Of a stretch of 64,000 nucleotides of DNA, positions 19,266 through 28,901 are shown piece by piece (position 1 is the first letter of the stretch; the number at the start of each line of letters is the position of its first letter). The translations under genes were made by a program, and so were the position numbers. The notes under the pieces are model-generated. The model did not search any database. It saw only the letters and a list, made by a program, of their open reading frames with translations, and was not told the origin of the DNA. The stretch comes from Terriglobia bacterium. Its GTDB lineage: Bacteria; Acidobacteriota; Terriglobia; Acidiferrales; UBA7541. Location of the stretch: assembly GCA_963695545.1 (NCBI GenBank), contig OY968796.1, forward strand, positions 2,496,001 through 2,560,000, in the 5' to 3' direction.

Positions 19266-22200
19266 TTAGTTTGTCGAAGCCGCGTCAATGTTGAGCGTGA
19301 TGTTCGTGGAACTCGTGGCAAGTACGGTGCTCCCTGTGCCGGTCACGGTGATGAGGTACTGCCCCGTTGGCGTGCCGGTGGTTGTGGTCGCGGCGGTCTT
19401 ATGGCAAGACGCTAGCGCCATGCCCATGGCGACCACCACGGCGACGGCCATGCCGAATCGCGCGAACGCGCCACGCCGCTGCTTCCTTATCCCATCGATC
19501 AGCAGTGCGCAGAGGATGACTAACGCTACGAGAATTCCGCCGAACGCCCCGAACGTATCGAACGGAGCGCCGCCGACCGGCGGCGTGAGTCGCGACGTCG
19601 TTGTGGGTGCGACGGTGGAGATCGACAGGGAAACGGTCGCGGTGGTAGTGCCGGGCGTGACCGTCGGCGGCGTAAACGTGCAGACAGACTCCGCCGGCAG
19701 GGTCGTGAGATTACAAGTCAGCGTAACCGCCGTTGAGTAATTACCCTCGGGTTCGACAGCGATAAGGTACAGGCCATTCTGACCCACCGTGACGGTTTGC
19801 GTCGTCGGGATTGCGGAAATGGCGAAGCTCGCCGCGCCAACCGTTTGCGTGAGCGGCGTCGAAGTCGTGCTCGCATCGTCCAAAGCGTCGCCGGAATAAT
19901 TGGCGTTGATCGTATATGTACCGAGCGCGAGGGACGAAACCATGGCCGACGCCACGCCATCGGGCTGCAAAGTTCCCTGGCCAAGAGTCGTGGCCGGATT
20001 CGTCGATGAGTTCACGAACGTCACCGTTCCGGTTGGCGTGCCCCCGACTTGTGGCGTGACGGTTGCCGTGAACGTAACCGGCCCGCCCAGGAAACCCGGG
20101 TTTGGCGCCGAGGTAAGCGTGACGGACGTCGTCTGTGGTCCGATCTGTATCGGCAAGGTCGCAGACACGCTCGACGCGGTGTTGGCGTCGCCGCCGTATG
20201 TGGCCGTGATGGAATGCGGACCGGGAACGAGCGTCGAGATCGCGAAGGTTGCCACGCCGGTCACGCCCACGGTATGTACCGGTACAGAGCCGAGTGTGGT
20301 CGAGCCATCCGCAAATGTCACTAAACCAGTGGGGATTTCCGCGCCGGCCGGCGTCACCGTCGCTGTGAACGTGATGCTGGAGCCTGCCGTATTCGGATTG
20401 CCCGCGTTCGAGGTGAGCACCGTCGATGTGGCTTCGGGAATGATCGTGAACTCATAAGCCGTGATGCTGCCGATCAACGGGCTGCTCAAACCATTTGCGG
20501 TGGCGGCCTGCGCGTCTGCGGCGAATGCGTAAAGAATGTGCGCACCGACGCCAATCGCCCCGGTCCCGCCGGAAAACGAGTTGCCGCCTCCAGTGGCCGC
20601 AAGCCACGGCCCTTGCCAAGTATCCACTTGGAAATAGACGTCAGCCACGGCGGGCGCATTGGGAGCGAACGTACTTGCCGTCGTGAAGTTAAACGTCGGG
20701 GCGCCGATGAACTGATTGCCGGCGAGCGGCGCAATCGTCGTGGTGAGGGGAACCGCTTGCGCGCCGGCCTCGGGAAACACGCTCACGTTGCCGCTCGTCG
20801 TATTTGAAACGAAGACCGTGTTCGTGATGGGATTCACGACGATGCCGGAGGGAGAATTGCCGGCGGCGACAGTGCTTACGGAGTTAGTCGCCCCGTCGAT
20901 CACGGTCACAGTGGAGCCGAAAGAATTTGCGACGTAGATCTTGTTCGTCACGGGATTGACGGCCACGGCCACGGGGCTCGAGCCCGTCGGCACGGTGGCG
21001 GTGCCGTTGGTCGCACCGCTGATGACCGTCACGTTGTTGCTGCCTTGATTGACGACGTAAATCATGTTGGTGATGGGATTGACAGCCACGGCGACGGCTC
21101 CGCTTCCGACCGCTACAGTGGCGGTGGTATTCGTGGCGCCATTGATCACCGTGACGGTTCCATCTTCGTTCGCCACGTAAATTCTGTTGGTCACCTGGTT
21201 CACGGCCACGGCGGTCGGATCGGCTCCAACGCTTACGGTGGTTGCGACGTTCGTCGCTCCGCTCACGACCGTGACGTCGTTGCTCAGCTCGTTCACGACA
21301 TAGACGTTGTCGCTTACCGGATTCACGGCCACGGCGACGGGTTTGGTTCCGACGGGCACCTGGACCGTCGAATTCGTCGCTCCGTTAATGACCGTGATGC
21401 TGTTGCCCTGTTCGTTCGCGACATAGATTTTGTCGGTCAAGGGATTCGCGGCCAGGGCCGTCGGTTCGCTTCCGACCGGGCCGATGGGCACATTTATGGC
21501 CGTATTCGTGGTCGCATTGATTGCCGTCACGCTAGCGCTATTCAGATTCGCGACGTAGATCTCGCTGGTCAAGGGGTCGTCGGCGACGGCGATGGGATTC
21601 GATCCGACTGGGATGGTCGCCGCGATGGCATTGGTGCGCCCGTTGAACACGGTCACACTCTGGCTGCCGAAGTTTGCCACGTAGACCTGATTTGTCGCCG
21701 GGTCCGCCGCACCGGCCAGAGGGTCGCTCCCAACCGTTGCGAGCGTTGGAGTGTTGGTCGCACCGTCGATCACGGTGACGATGTTGGTGCCCAGATCCGC
21801 CACGTAAATCTTGTCCATCGTGGAGTTCACGGCTACCGCGTGGGGGCCCGCGCTCGTGGTCAACGTCGCGGTCACAGCATTCGTCGCTCCGCTGATCGCG
21901 GACACCGAGCCGTTGCTGTTGCTGTAGTTCGCGACGTAAATCTCATTGGTCGTTGCGTTCACGGCCATAGCGGAGGGCGAAGGCCCAATCCCGGCTCCCG
22001 AGATCGTCGCCGAAACGCTATTCGTCGCCCCGCTGATTACGGAGACGCTCCCGGCGCCTCCAGAATTCGCCACGTAGATCACGTTCGAGACCGGGTTCAC
22101 AGCCACGGCGGCGGGACTCGATCCGACCGGTACGGATGTCGTGCCGTCCGTCGATCCGTTGATGACCGTAACGCTGTTTCCGCCCTGATTAGCGACATAG

Positions 22201-22955
22201 ATCGTATTCGTGATTGGGTTCACGGCGACGGCTACCGGGCCGCTGCCGGTGACCACGGTCCCCGAGAGGGAATTGCTCGCGCCATTGACTATGGTGACGC
22301 CGCCGGCACCGCCATTTTGAGTCGCCACGTACACTAGATCCGTTACCGGGTCCACGGCCAAAGATGTGGGTTCGCTGCCGGCAGCCAATATCAGACTTGT
22401 GGCGACAGCTGCCGTTACGGCCGGTGTGTCCGATGCGCCGTTGATAATCGTGACGCTTCCGGTGCCGGCGATCTCGTCGGCCACGAAGACTATGTTGGTG
22501 GCGGCATCCACCGCTATGGCGTTGGGCGCGCTTCCCGCGGGAAGTGTGAGGGTCGTGGTGGCATTCGTGGGCCCGTCGATCACCGTCACGGTGCCGCTGC
22601 CGAGGTTGGCGACGTAAATCTGGTTGGTTACTGGGTCCACGGCGATGGCGTCGGGGCTCGATCCGGTGGAGACGCTGACGATGTTGTTTGTCGCGCCATC
22701 GATGACCGTCACGGAACCCGCGTTCTGATTCGCGACGTAGATCTTGTTTGTGACCGGGTTCACCGCCACGGCGTAGGGAGCGGCTCCGGAAAATACGCTG
22801 GTTGTGACCGTTTGCGCGCGAGCGCATGGGGCCGCCACCAGCGCGCAGAACACCAATCCTAAAATGGCGATCTCGACTGCAATCTTGCTGGCAATATCGT
22901 GAACCATCCTCGAACTGTCGCGAAGGTGGTTTCTGGCATAGCTTCCGGAAATCAT
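19266..22955 (-). CDS. Large surface protein: 16 YVTN-type beta-propeller repeats, Ig-like (Big_3-type) domains, C-terminal membrane hairpin
   Basis: Repeats 'PxAVAVNPxTNxIYVANxxSxxVTVIxGATN'; 'ITFTATV...PTGxVTF...HSITATYGGD' Ig domains; signal peptide ending ARA-Q; AAGGAG before ATG 22955 (alternative start GTG 22967). Confidence 0.88.
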   Translation of the reverse strand: MISGSYARNHLRDSSRMVHDIASKIAVEIAILGLVFCALVAAPCARAQTVTTSVFSGAAPYAVAVNPVTNKIYVANQNAGSVTVIDGATNNIVSVSTGSSPDAIAVDPVTNQIYVANLGSGTVTVIDGPTNATTTLTLPAGSAPNAIAVDAATNIVFVADEIAGTGSVTIINGASDTPAVTAAVATSLILAAGSEPTSLAVDPVTDLVYVATQNGGAGGVTIVNGASNSLSGTVVTGSGPVAVAVNPITNTIYVANQGGNSVTVINGSTDGTTSVPVGSSPAAVAVNPVSNVIYVANSGGAGSVSVISGATNSVSATISGAGIGPSPSAMAVNATTNEIYVANYSNSNGSVSAISGATNAVTATLTTSAGPHAVAVNSTMDKIYVADLGTNIVTVIDGATNTPTLATVGSDPLAGAADPATNQVYVANFGSQSVTVFNGRTNAIAATIPVGSNPIAVADDPLTSEIYVANLNSASVTAINATTNTAINVPIGPVGSEPTALAANPLTDKIYVANEQGNSITVINGATNSTVQVPVGTKPVAVAVNPVSDNVYVVNELSNDVTVVSGATNVATTVSVGADPTAVAVNQVTNRIYVANEDGTVTVINGATNTTATVAVGSGAVAVAVNPITNMIYVVNQGSNNVTVISGATNGTATVPTGSSPVAVAVNPVTNKIYVANSFGSTVTVIDGATNSVSTVAAGNSPSGIVVNPITNTVFVSNTTSGNVSVFPEAGAQAVPLTTTIAPLAGNQFIGAPTFNFTTASTFAPNAPAVADVYFQVDTWQGPWLAATGGGNSFSGGTGAIGVGAHILYAFAADAQAATANGLSSPLIGSITAYEFTIIPEATSTVLTSNAGNPNTAGSSITFTATVTPAGAEIPTGLVTFADGSTTLGSVPVHTVGVTGVATFAISTLVPGPHSITATYGGDANTASSVSATLPIQIGPQTTSVTLTSAPNPGFLGGPVTFTATVTPQVGGTPTGTVTFVNSSTNPATTLGQGTLQPDGVASAMVSSLALGTYTINANYSGDALDDASTTSTPLTQTVGAASFAISAIPTTQTVTVGQNGLYLIAVEPEGNYSTAVTLTCNLTTLPAESVCTFTPPTVTPGTTTATVSLSISTVAPTTTSRLTPPVGGAPFDTFGAFGGILVALVILCALLIDGIRKQRRGAFARFGMAVAVVVAMGMALASCHKTAATTTTGTPTGQYLITVTGTGSTVLATSSTNITLNIDAASTN

Positions 22956-23440
22956 TTCTGTCGGCACTCCTTATAATGTGTGCGCCAAGACTCTTTTGTC
23001 CTGGAAGTTTCTGCCCGTCGGGCAGTCATCCATTCCACCGTCCGCCATTGGCGGACTCCCCTCCCGGCGACTTGCCAGCCTCGCGCTCACTGCGGGCGAT
23101 TGCCCGAGGTCTTTCTTGTTGCCGCGAGGACTGCCTCGATCAGGCGCTTTTGCTCGCAGGATTTTCGCTCATGTTGGCCCGTATTGGAAGTGAGCCCCAG
23201 CCAGGAAGCGTCGTTAGCCTTGAGCGTGCAGCCCTGAGATTATGCCCCTGATTTGGCAATCGCGGTAAGACTACTACGCGAAAAACTGGTCGAGCCCCGC
23301 GTCGCTCCCGGAGGCCCGCTCCCCCCGAGGCGGAATCCGGAGTCTTTCGGTCTAAACAGCGCGTAGGATGCCTGCGAGCGAAAAGATGCCTGGTGCACCG
23401 GCGGCGTTGCCCGCAGACTTCACTATTTTTGCGACTCGCA

Positions 23441-23565
23441 TTGTGAAACGCTCATTTTGGTCCTCGCAATCGGCGGGGTGGTCGGCCCAAAGTCCGCACA
23501 CGACGCTCGCGGCCGGTTTTGATACAATCCCCCGGGTGTTGCGACCGCCGATTGCTGAACGCTCA
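23441..23565. promoter_or_regulatory. Two possible LacI-family operator-like palindromes upstream of the GH28/uronate operon
   Basis: TTGTGAAACGCTCATT (23441-23456) and TGAACGCTCA (23556-23565) resemble TGnnnCGCTCA LacI/GalR-type operators; no regulator gene in the window. Confidence 0.3.
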
Positions 23566-23719
23566 AGCGCAAGCCGCAGAGCACTCATCGGAAACCGACT
23601 CTCCAATTCGCCGCTGAGATCATCGGGTGCGGCGCGACGCTTTCGCAGGAGAGGCACACCGGAATGTTTGGCGCAACAAGATTGTCGCGTGAGACTTTTT
23701 AACGCGGCCAGGAGATGCG

Positions 23720-25390
23720 ATGCCCGCTGAACTGACTTCGTTTCCATCCCGCCGAAAATTTATGCAGGGACTGGCCGCGGGCGCCGCTGCTTTGCCCTCG
23801 GCAGATTTGCTCGCGCGCGACGTGCCGACTGCGAAGGCGCCGCAAGGCGCTGCCGCCGCTTCGGCCGGCGCCGCGGGCGCCGCGGGCACGGCGAACTCCG
23901 GATGCATTTACAACGTGACCGCTTTCGGCGCCGTGGGCGACGGGAAAATGCTCAACACCGCCGCGATTCAGGCCGCGATCGACGCGTGCGCTAAGGCGGG
24001 GGGCGGAACCGTGCTGGTTCCTCCGGGCGTTTTTCTCACCGGTCCGCTATTTCTCAAGAGCCACATCGTGTTTGAAGTCGTCGCTGGGGCGACCCTGCTG
24101 GGCAGCGCGAACTTCAGCGACTACCCGACGATCGCGGGCCGTTGGGAAGGATTGGATCGAACGGTCTTCGCATCTCTCTTGACCGGGATGGACCTTGAAA
24201 ACGTAACCATCCAGGGTCGCGGCACGCTTGATGGACAAGGCCCAGTGTGGTGGGACGCTTTCCATAAGACCACGGCCCTGCGGCGGCAGATGAACTTGAT
24301 GGAGCGCGAGCCGGAAAATCCTCCGGGCTCGCCGCTGGCTTGGCCGCGCGCGCGCATGATCAATTTGTACCGCTCGAAGAACATCGTCATCCGCGATCTC
24401 TCCATCGTGAATTCGCCTTCGTGGAATATCCATCCGGTGGATTGCGAGAACGTGCTGATTGACGGTGTGAGTATCGTCAATCCCAAGATGTCTCCGAACA
24501 CCGACGGCATCGATCCGGAATCCTGCCGCAATGTGCGCATCTCAAACTGCTACATTTCGACTGGCGACGATTGCATCGTGATCAAATCGGGCTACAAGTA
24601 CATCGCCGATCATCCGTTCGGCGTGTGCGAGGATATCGCCGTAACGAATTGCGTTTTCGGATACGGACACGCGGGCGTTGGCATTGGCAGCGAAACCGCG
24701 GGCGGCGTGCGCAACGTCACCTCCAGCAATTGCGTTTGCGACGGCACGGCACGCGGTCTTTATATTAAGACGGCGCGTGGACGCGGCAACGTGATTGAGG
24801 ACATTCGCGCCGTCAACTGGGTGATGCGAAATATCGAGCAGGAGCCGGTGATGGTGACGCTCGTCTACCAGGGAAGTGGTGACCCCGCTAAGGCCATGCC
24901 CGTCGACGCCACCACGCCCACCGTGCGCAACGTCTATTTCTCAGGCGTGACGGCACGAACCTCGAAGCGCGCCATCGCGATCGAAGGTTTGGCTGAGAGC
25001 CCGATCCAAAACGTGTATCTTCGCGACATCGTTATCGAGTCGTCCGCCACGGGAGCGGATTGCACACGGGCCTCGGGCGTTACGTTTGAAAACGTGATCG
25101 TAAACGCTGATGGCGGGCCGTCGCTCTCAGCGAGCGATACCCGCGACCTCGACGTGCTTCGCTTTCGCACCAACAAAGCGAATCCGGGCCAGCCCGTGAT
25201 TCAATTGAACGGCGTGCAGGATGCGGTGGTGGAATCGTGCTCGGCTGCGCCTGGCAACGACGTGCTCGTGGAAGTGGCGGGGACCGAGAACGAAAACGTG
25301 CAGTTGCTTCGGAATCGCATCAATCCGGGCGGCACGCCGGTTTCCTTCGCCGGCGGCGCAGCCGAGAGCGTTGTCACGCGGCGCGATTGA
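23720..25390 (+). CDS. Polygalacturonase family GH28, Tat-exported
   Basis: Tat motif 'SRRKFMQ'; 'FGAVGDG', 'NTDGID', 'GDDCIVIKSG', 'GH.GVGIGSE', 'YIKT' GH28 motifs. Confidence 0.93.
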   Translation: MPAELTSFPSRRKFMQGLAAGAAALPSADLLARDVPTAKAPQGAAAASAGAAGAAGTANSGCIYNVTAFGAVGDGKMLNTAAIQAAIDACAKAGGGTVLVPPGVFLTGPLFLKSHIVFEVVAGATLLGSANFSDYPTIAGRWEGLDRTVFASLLTGMDLENVTIQGRGTLDGQGPVWWDAFHKTTALRRQMNLMEREPENPPGSPLAWPRARMINLYRSKNIVIRDLSIVNSPSWNIHPVDCENVLIDGVSIVNPKMSPNTDGIDPESCRNVRISNCYISTGDDCIVIKSGYKYIADHPFGVCEDIAVTNCVFGYGHAGVGIGSETAGGVRNVTSSNCVCDGTARGLYIKTARGRGNVIEDIRAVNWVMRNIEQEPVMVTLVYQGSGDPAKAMPVDATTPTVRNVYFSGVTARTSKRAIAIEGLAESPIQNVYLRDIVIESSATGADCTRASGVTFENVIVNADGGPSLSASDTRDLDVLRFRTNKANPGQPVIQLNGVQDAVVESCSAAPGNDVLVEVAGTENENVQLLRNRINPGGTPVSFAGGAAESVVTRRD

Positions 25391-25431
25391 AGGATCCTTC
25401 GGTCGCGCACATGAGGCAGAACGACATCGTC

Positions 25432-27081
25432 ATGCAAGATAAAGTGCTGCGCCTTGACCCTCGGGACACAGTCATCATCGCGCTCAGCGATTTGAAGCAG
25501 GGCGAATCGGTCGGCGTCGATGGCGAGACGTACATTCTCGCGACCGACGTCTCAGCGAAACACAAATTCGCCGCAAAGGCCTTCGCGCCCGGCGATCCCA
25601 TCTTTATGTACGGCGTGATGGTCGGGCGAGCGTCAGCGCCGATTCGCCAAGGCGAATCCATCACCACGTTCAACATCCGGCACGACGCTGCCGCTTTCCA
25701 CGAAGAATCCGACGCTTTCCACTGGCAGGCGCCGGACGCATCGAAATGGAAATCGCGGACCTTCGCCGGCTACCTGCGCTCGGATGGGCAGGTGGGCACA
25801 CGCAACTACTGGCTGGTCGTGCCGCTGGTGTTTTGCGAGAACCGAAATCTGTTGGTATTGAAACAGGCGTTTGAAGAGGAGTTGGGTTTCGCCGCGCCGC
25901 AGATTTACCGGCGCTACGTGGCCGATCTGATCGGACTCTATCGCGCGGGTAAAACGGGCGAGGTCCGCAATTTTCGTTTCTCCAAGAGTCTGGAGCATGC
26001 CGCCACGCCGCCGGTTTTCGAGAACGTGGATGGGATCAAATTTCTGCTGCACCAGGCGGGCTGCGGCGGCACGCGCGAAGACGCGGAGAATCTGTGCGGT
26101 TTGCTGGCCGATTACATCCACCATCCGAACGTTGCCGGTGCGACGGTACTGAGTCTCGGCTGTCAGCACGCCCAAGTGTCGATTCTTCAGGAGCAGATCG
26201 CGCGGCGCGCGCCGAAGCTCGGGAAGCCGCTTTACATTTTCGAGCAGCAGCGCAGCCCGTCGGAATCGGCCATGTTGTCGTCAGCGATTCAGAAGACGTT
26301 TCTCGGATTAGTCGAAGCCGATCAGGCGCGACGCGCCCCGGCTGCGTTGTCGCATTTGTGCGTGGGCCTGAAGTGCGGCGGCTCGGACGGATTCTCCGGC
26401 ATCTCCGCCAATCCGGCCGTGGGGCACGTCGCGGATTTGCTCGCCGCGCTGGGCGGACGCGGGATACTTTCGGAATTTCCCGAGCTGTGCGGCGTCGAGC
26501 AGGAATTGATTCATCGCGCCGCGCGCAAGGAAGTAGGAGATCGGTTCATCCAATTGATGCGCGATTACGCCGCGCGCGCCAAAGCCGTGCGTTCGAGCCT
26601 GGATATGAATCCTTCCCCCGGCAACATTCGCGATGGATTGGTCACCGATGCGATGAAGTCGGCGGGCGCGGCGAAAAAAGGCGGCACGTCGCCAGTAACC
26701 GCCGTGCTCGATTATCCCGAGTACTCGAGCGAGCCGGGCCTGAATCTTCAGTGCACGCCCGGCAGCGACGTGGAAGCTGTGACCGCGCAAGTGGGAGCGG
26801 GCGCAAACGTCGTCCTGTTCACCACGGGCCTGGGCACACCGACCGGCAATCCCATCGCACCGGTGATCAAGATTTCCTCGAACACGCCGCTGGCGCAACG
26901 CATGGGCGACATCATCGACTTCGACACCGGCGCGATCGTCACCGGCGAGGAAACCATCGAGCAGGCCGGCGAAGCGTTGTTCGATTACGTGCTGAAGGTC
27001 GCTTCCGGCGAAGCGCGCACCAAAGCCGAAATTCTTGCGCAGGACGATTTCATTCCCTGGAAGAGAGGAGTTTCCCTTTGA
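25432..27081 (+). CDS. uxaA: UxaA/GarD family (altronate dehydratase-like) sugar-acid dehydratase
   Basis: N-terminal SAF domain ('KHKFA...MYG'), 'GYLRSDGQVGTRN', 'HQAGCG', 'LKCGGSDGFSG', 'SPGNIRDGL', 'FTTGLGTPTGN'; start 25411 or 25432; substrate uncertain. Confidence 0.85.
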   Translation: MQDKVLRLDPRDTVIIALSDLKQGESVGVDGETYILATDVSAKHKFAAKAFAPGDPIFMYGVMVGRASAPIRQGESITTFNIRHDAAAFHEESDAFHWQAPDASKWKSRTFAGYLRSDGQVGTRNYWLVVPLVFCENRNLLVLKQAFEEELGFAAPQIYRRYVADLIGLYRAGKTGEVRNFRFSKSLEHAATPPVFENVDGIKFLLHQAGCGGTREDAENLCGLLADYIHHPNVAGATVLSLGCQHAQVSILQEQIARRAPKLGKPLYIFEQQRSPSESAMLSSAIQKTFLGLVEADQARRAPAALSHLCVGLKCGGSDGFSGISANPAVGHVADLLAALGGRGILSEFPELCGVEQELIHRAARKEVGDRFIQLMRDYAARAKAVRSSLDMNPSPGNIRDGLVTDAMKSAGAAKKGGTSPVTAVLDYPEYSSEPGLNLQCTPGSDVEAVTAQVGAGANVVLFTTGLGTPTGNPIAPVIKISSNTPLAQRMGDIIDFDTGAIVTGEETIEQAGEALFDYVLKVASGEARTKAEILAQDDFIPWKRGVSL

Positions 27082-27875
27082 TTCCGGCCGATCTTGCGAA
27101 GCAGGATTTTCGACTGGATGGAAAGACCGCCGTCGTCACCGGCGGCGCCCGGGGAATCGGGCGAGCGATTGTGCGCACGTTTGCCTCGCGAGGCGCGCGC
27201 GTGGCGATTTTGGATCTCGATCAAGCCGGAGCCGAGGACGCCGCGCGTGAAGCGGGAGGCGAGAGCGCCGGCGTCGTGGCCTACCGCTGCGACGTCGGCG
27301 ATGCGGAAAGTGTGCGCAGCGCTTTCGCCCAAATTCTTTCTCGCGGCGCGCTGCACATTCTCGTGAACAACGCCGGAATCGCGTTCATCGGCGATCTCGA
27401 GAAAACCGAGGAAAAGGACATCGACGCGTTGTATCGCGTCAACGTCAAGAGCGTCTATCTGTGCATGCGCGAATGCATCGGCCATATGAAAAAGAATGGC
27501 GGCGGCGTGATCCTCAATATGGCTTCGATCGCGGCCACCGCCGGGATCGACGAACGCTTTGCATACTCAATGACCAAGGGCGCGGTGCGCGCGATGACCT
27601 TGTCGGTCGCCCGGGATTACATCCGCGACAAGATTCGCTGTAATTGCGTGTCTCCGGCGCGAGTGCACACCCCATTCATCGATAATTATGTAAAAAAGCA
27701 ATATCCCGGCCGCGAGAAAGAAATGATGGAGCGCTTGTCGATGGCGCAGCCCATCGGCCGCATGGGCGATCCGCAGGAGATCGCCATGCTCGCTCTATTC
27801 CTTTGCTCGGACCAGGCTGCGTTCATCACCGGCGCTGATTATGTGATCGACGGAGGGTTCCTTACGGTTCGCTGA
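27078..27875 (+). CDS. Short-chain dehydrogenase/reductase (2-keto-3-deoxy-sugar-acid dehydrogenase-like)
   Basis: TTG start overlapping the uxaA stop with GAGGAG RBS; 'TGGARGIG', 'NNAG', 'YSMTKG', 'CNCVSPARVHTP'. Confidence 0.88.
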   Translation: MIPADLAKQDFRLDGKTAVVTGGARGIGRAIVRTFASRGARVAILDLDQAGAEDAAREAGGESAGVVAYRCDVGDAESVRSAFAQILSRGALHILVNNAGIAFIGDLEKTEEKDIDALYRVNVKSVYLCMRECIGHMKKNGGGVILNMASIAATAGIDERFAYSMTKGAVRAMTLSVARDYIRDKIRCNCVSPARVHTPFIDNYVKKQYPGREKEMMERLSMAQPIGRMGDPQEIAMLALFLCSDQAAFITGADYVIDGGFLTVR

Positions 27876-27892
27876 CGGCCTCGACGCGATTC

Positions 27893-28750
27893 ATGACCCG
27901 ACTTGACGCTCACCAGCACTTCTGGAAATACCACGCGCCGGAATTTTCCTGGGTTACGGACGATATGGCTGTGCTGCGCCGCGATTTTCTGCCCGAAGAA
28001 TTCGCGCGCGAGCTTGCCGCAAACGGCATGGATGCGTCGATCGCCGTGCAAGCCAGCCAGAGCGAGAAGGAAACCTCGTTTCTTCTGAATCTCGCGGTCA
28101 TGCACAGCAGGATCGCCGGCGTGGTCGGCTGGGTGGACCTGCGCTCCGCGAACGTGCGCGAGCATCTGCGCGAATTTTCGCGCTACGATAAATTGCGCGG
28201 CTTCCGTCACATCGTGCAATCGGAGCCGGATGATCGCTTCCTGCTTCGAGAAGATTTTCTGCGCGGCCTCGCGTGCTTGAAGGAATTCAATTTCACGTAT
28301 GACATCCTGATTTATCCCAAACAATTGCCCGCCGCCGTTGAACTCGTCCGGCGCATGCCCAAGCAGCCTTTCGTAGTGGACCACGTCGCGAAGCCGCTCA
28401 TCAAATCGAAAGAGATCGATTCCTGGGCCCGCCGGATGCGCGAGATCGCCGCCGGCCCGAATGTCTATTGCAAAGTGTCCGGCCTGGTCACCGAAGCGGA
28501 TTGGAGTCACTGGCGCCCCGAGGATTTCGCGCCCTATCTCGACGTGGTTTTTGACGCCTTCGGTCCGGATCGCCTGATGTTCGGTTCGGACTGGCCCGTG
28601 TGCCTGATCGCCGGAACCTACAGCCAGGTGAAGCAGCTGATCCAGGATTACGTCGCCAAGCGCTTTAGTGCGGACAGTCAGAGGCAGAACGTCGAGCGGG
28701 CGATTTTCGGTGAAACCGCGGCACGTTTTTATGGGATTCAATCGGCATGA
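27893..28750 (+). CDS. Amidohydrolase family lactonase (L-fucono/L-galactono-1,5-lactonase-like)
   Basis: 'DAHQHFW', 'GVVGWVDL', 'GFRHIVQSE', 'VDHVAKP', 'CKVSGL', 'MFGSDWPVC'. Confidence 0.88.
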   Translation: MTRLDAHQHFWKYHAPEFSWVTDDMAVLRRDFLPEEFARELAANGMDASIAVQASQSEKETSFLLNLAVMHSRIAGVVGWVDLRSANVREHLREFSRYDKLRGFRHIVQSEPDDRFLLREDFLRGLACLKEFNFTYDILIYPKQLPAAVELVRRMPKQPFVVDHVAKPLIKSKEIDSWARRMREIAAGPNVYCKVSGLVTEADWSHWRPEDFAPYLDVVFDAFGPDRLMFGSDWPVCLIAGTYSQVKQLIQDYVAKRFSADSQRQNVERAIFGETAARFYGIQSA

Positions 28751-28901
28751 TGATTTCTTTAGTGGCGCGCAGGGACCGCCCTGGTCGCAATGACGACCCG
28801 GGTATTGAGCGGCAATCCTGGGTTGCGCGAAAACACCGTTCGGAGGTAGCGTGAAGGTTTCGCCGCCTCGCAGGAGCGGCGTTATCGATCCCCGAGCCGC
28901 T

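Noticed and set aside
23000..23040. Hammerhead-like GATGA-stem-GAAA on the minus strand
   Set aside because: The core reads GGATGA rather than CTGATGA, and I found no third stem or cleavage triplet
23325..23395. c-di-GMP-I riboswitch-like 'CGGTCTAA...GAT'
   Set aside because: The GCAAA motifs and the GNRA-capped P2 stem are absent
26094..27077. 593-aa ORF suggesting a long N-terminal extension or fusion of the SDR
   Set aside because: It is an off-frame overlap of uxaA; the real SDR starts at TTG 27078 with its own RBS
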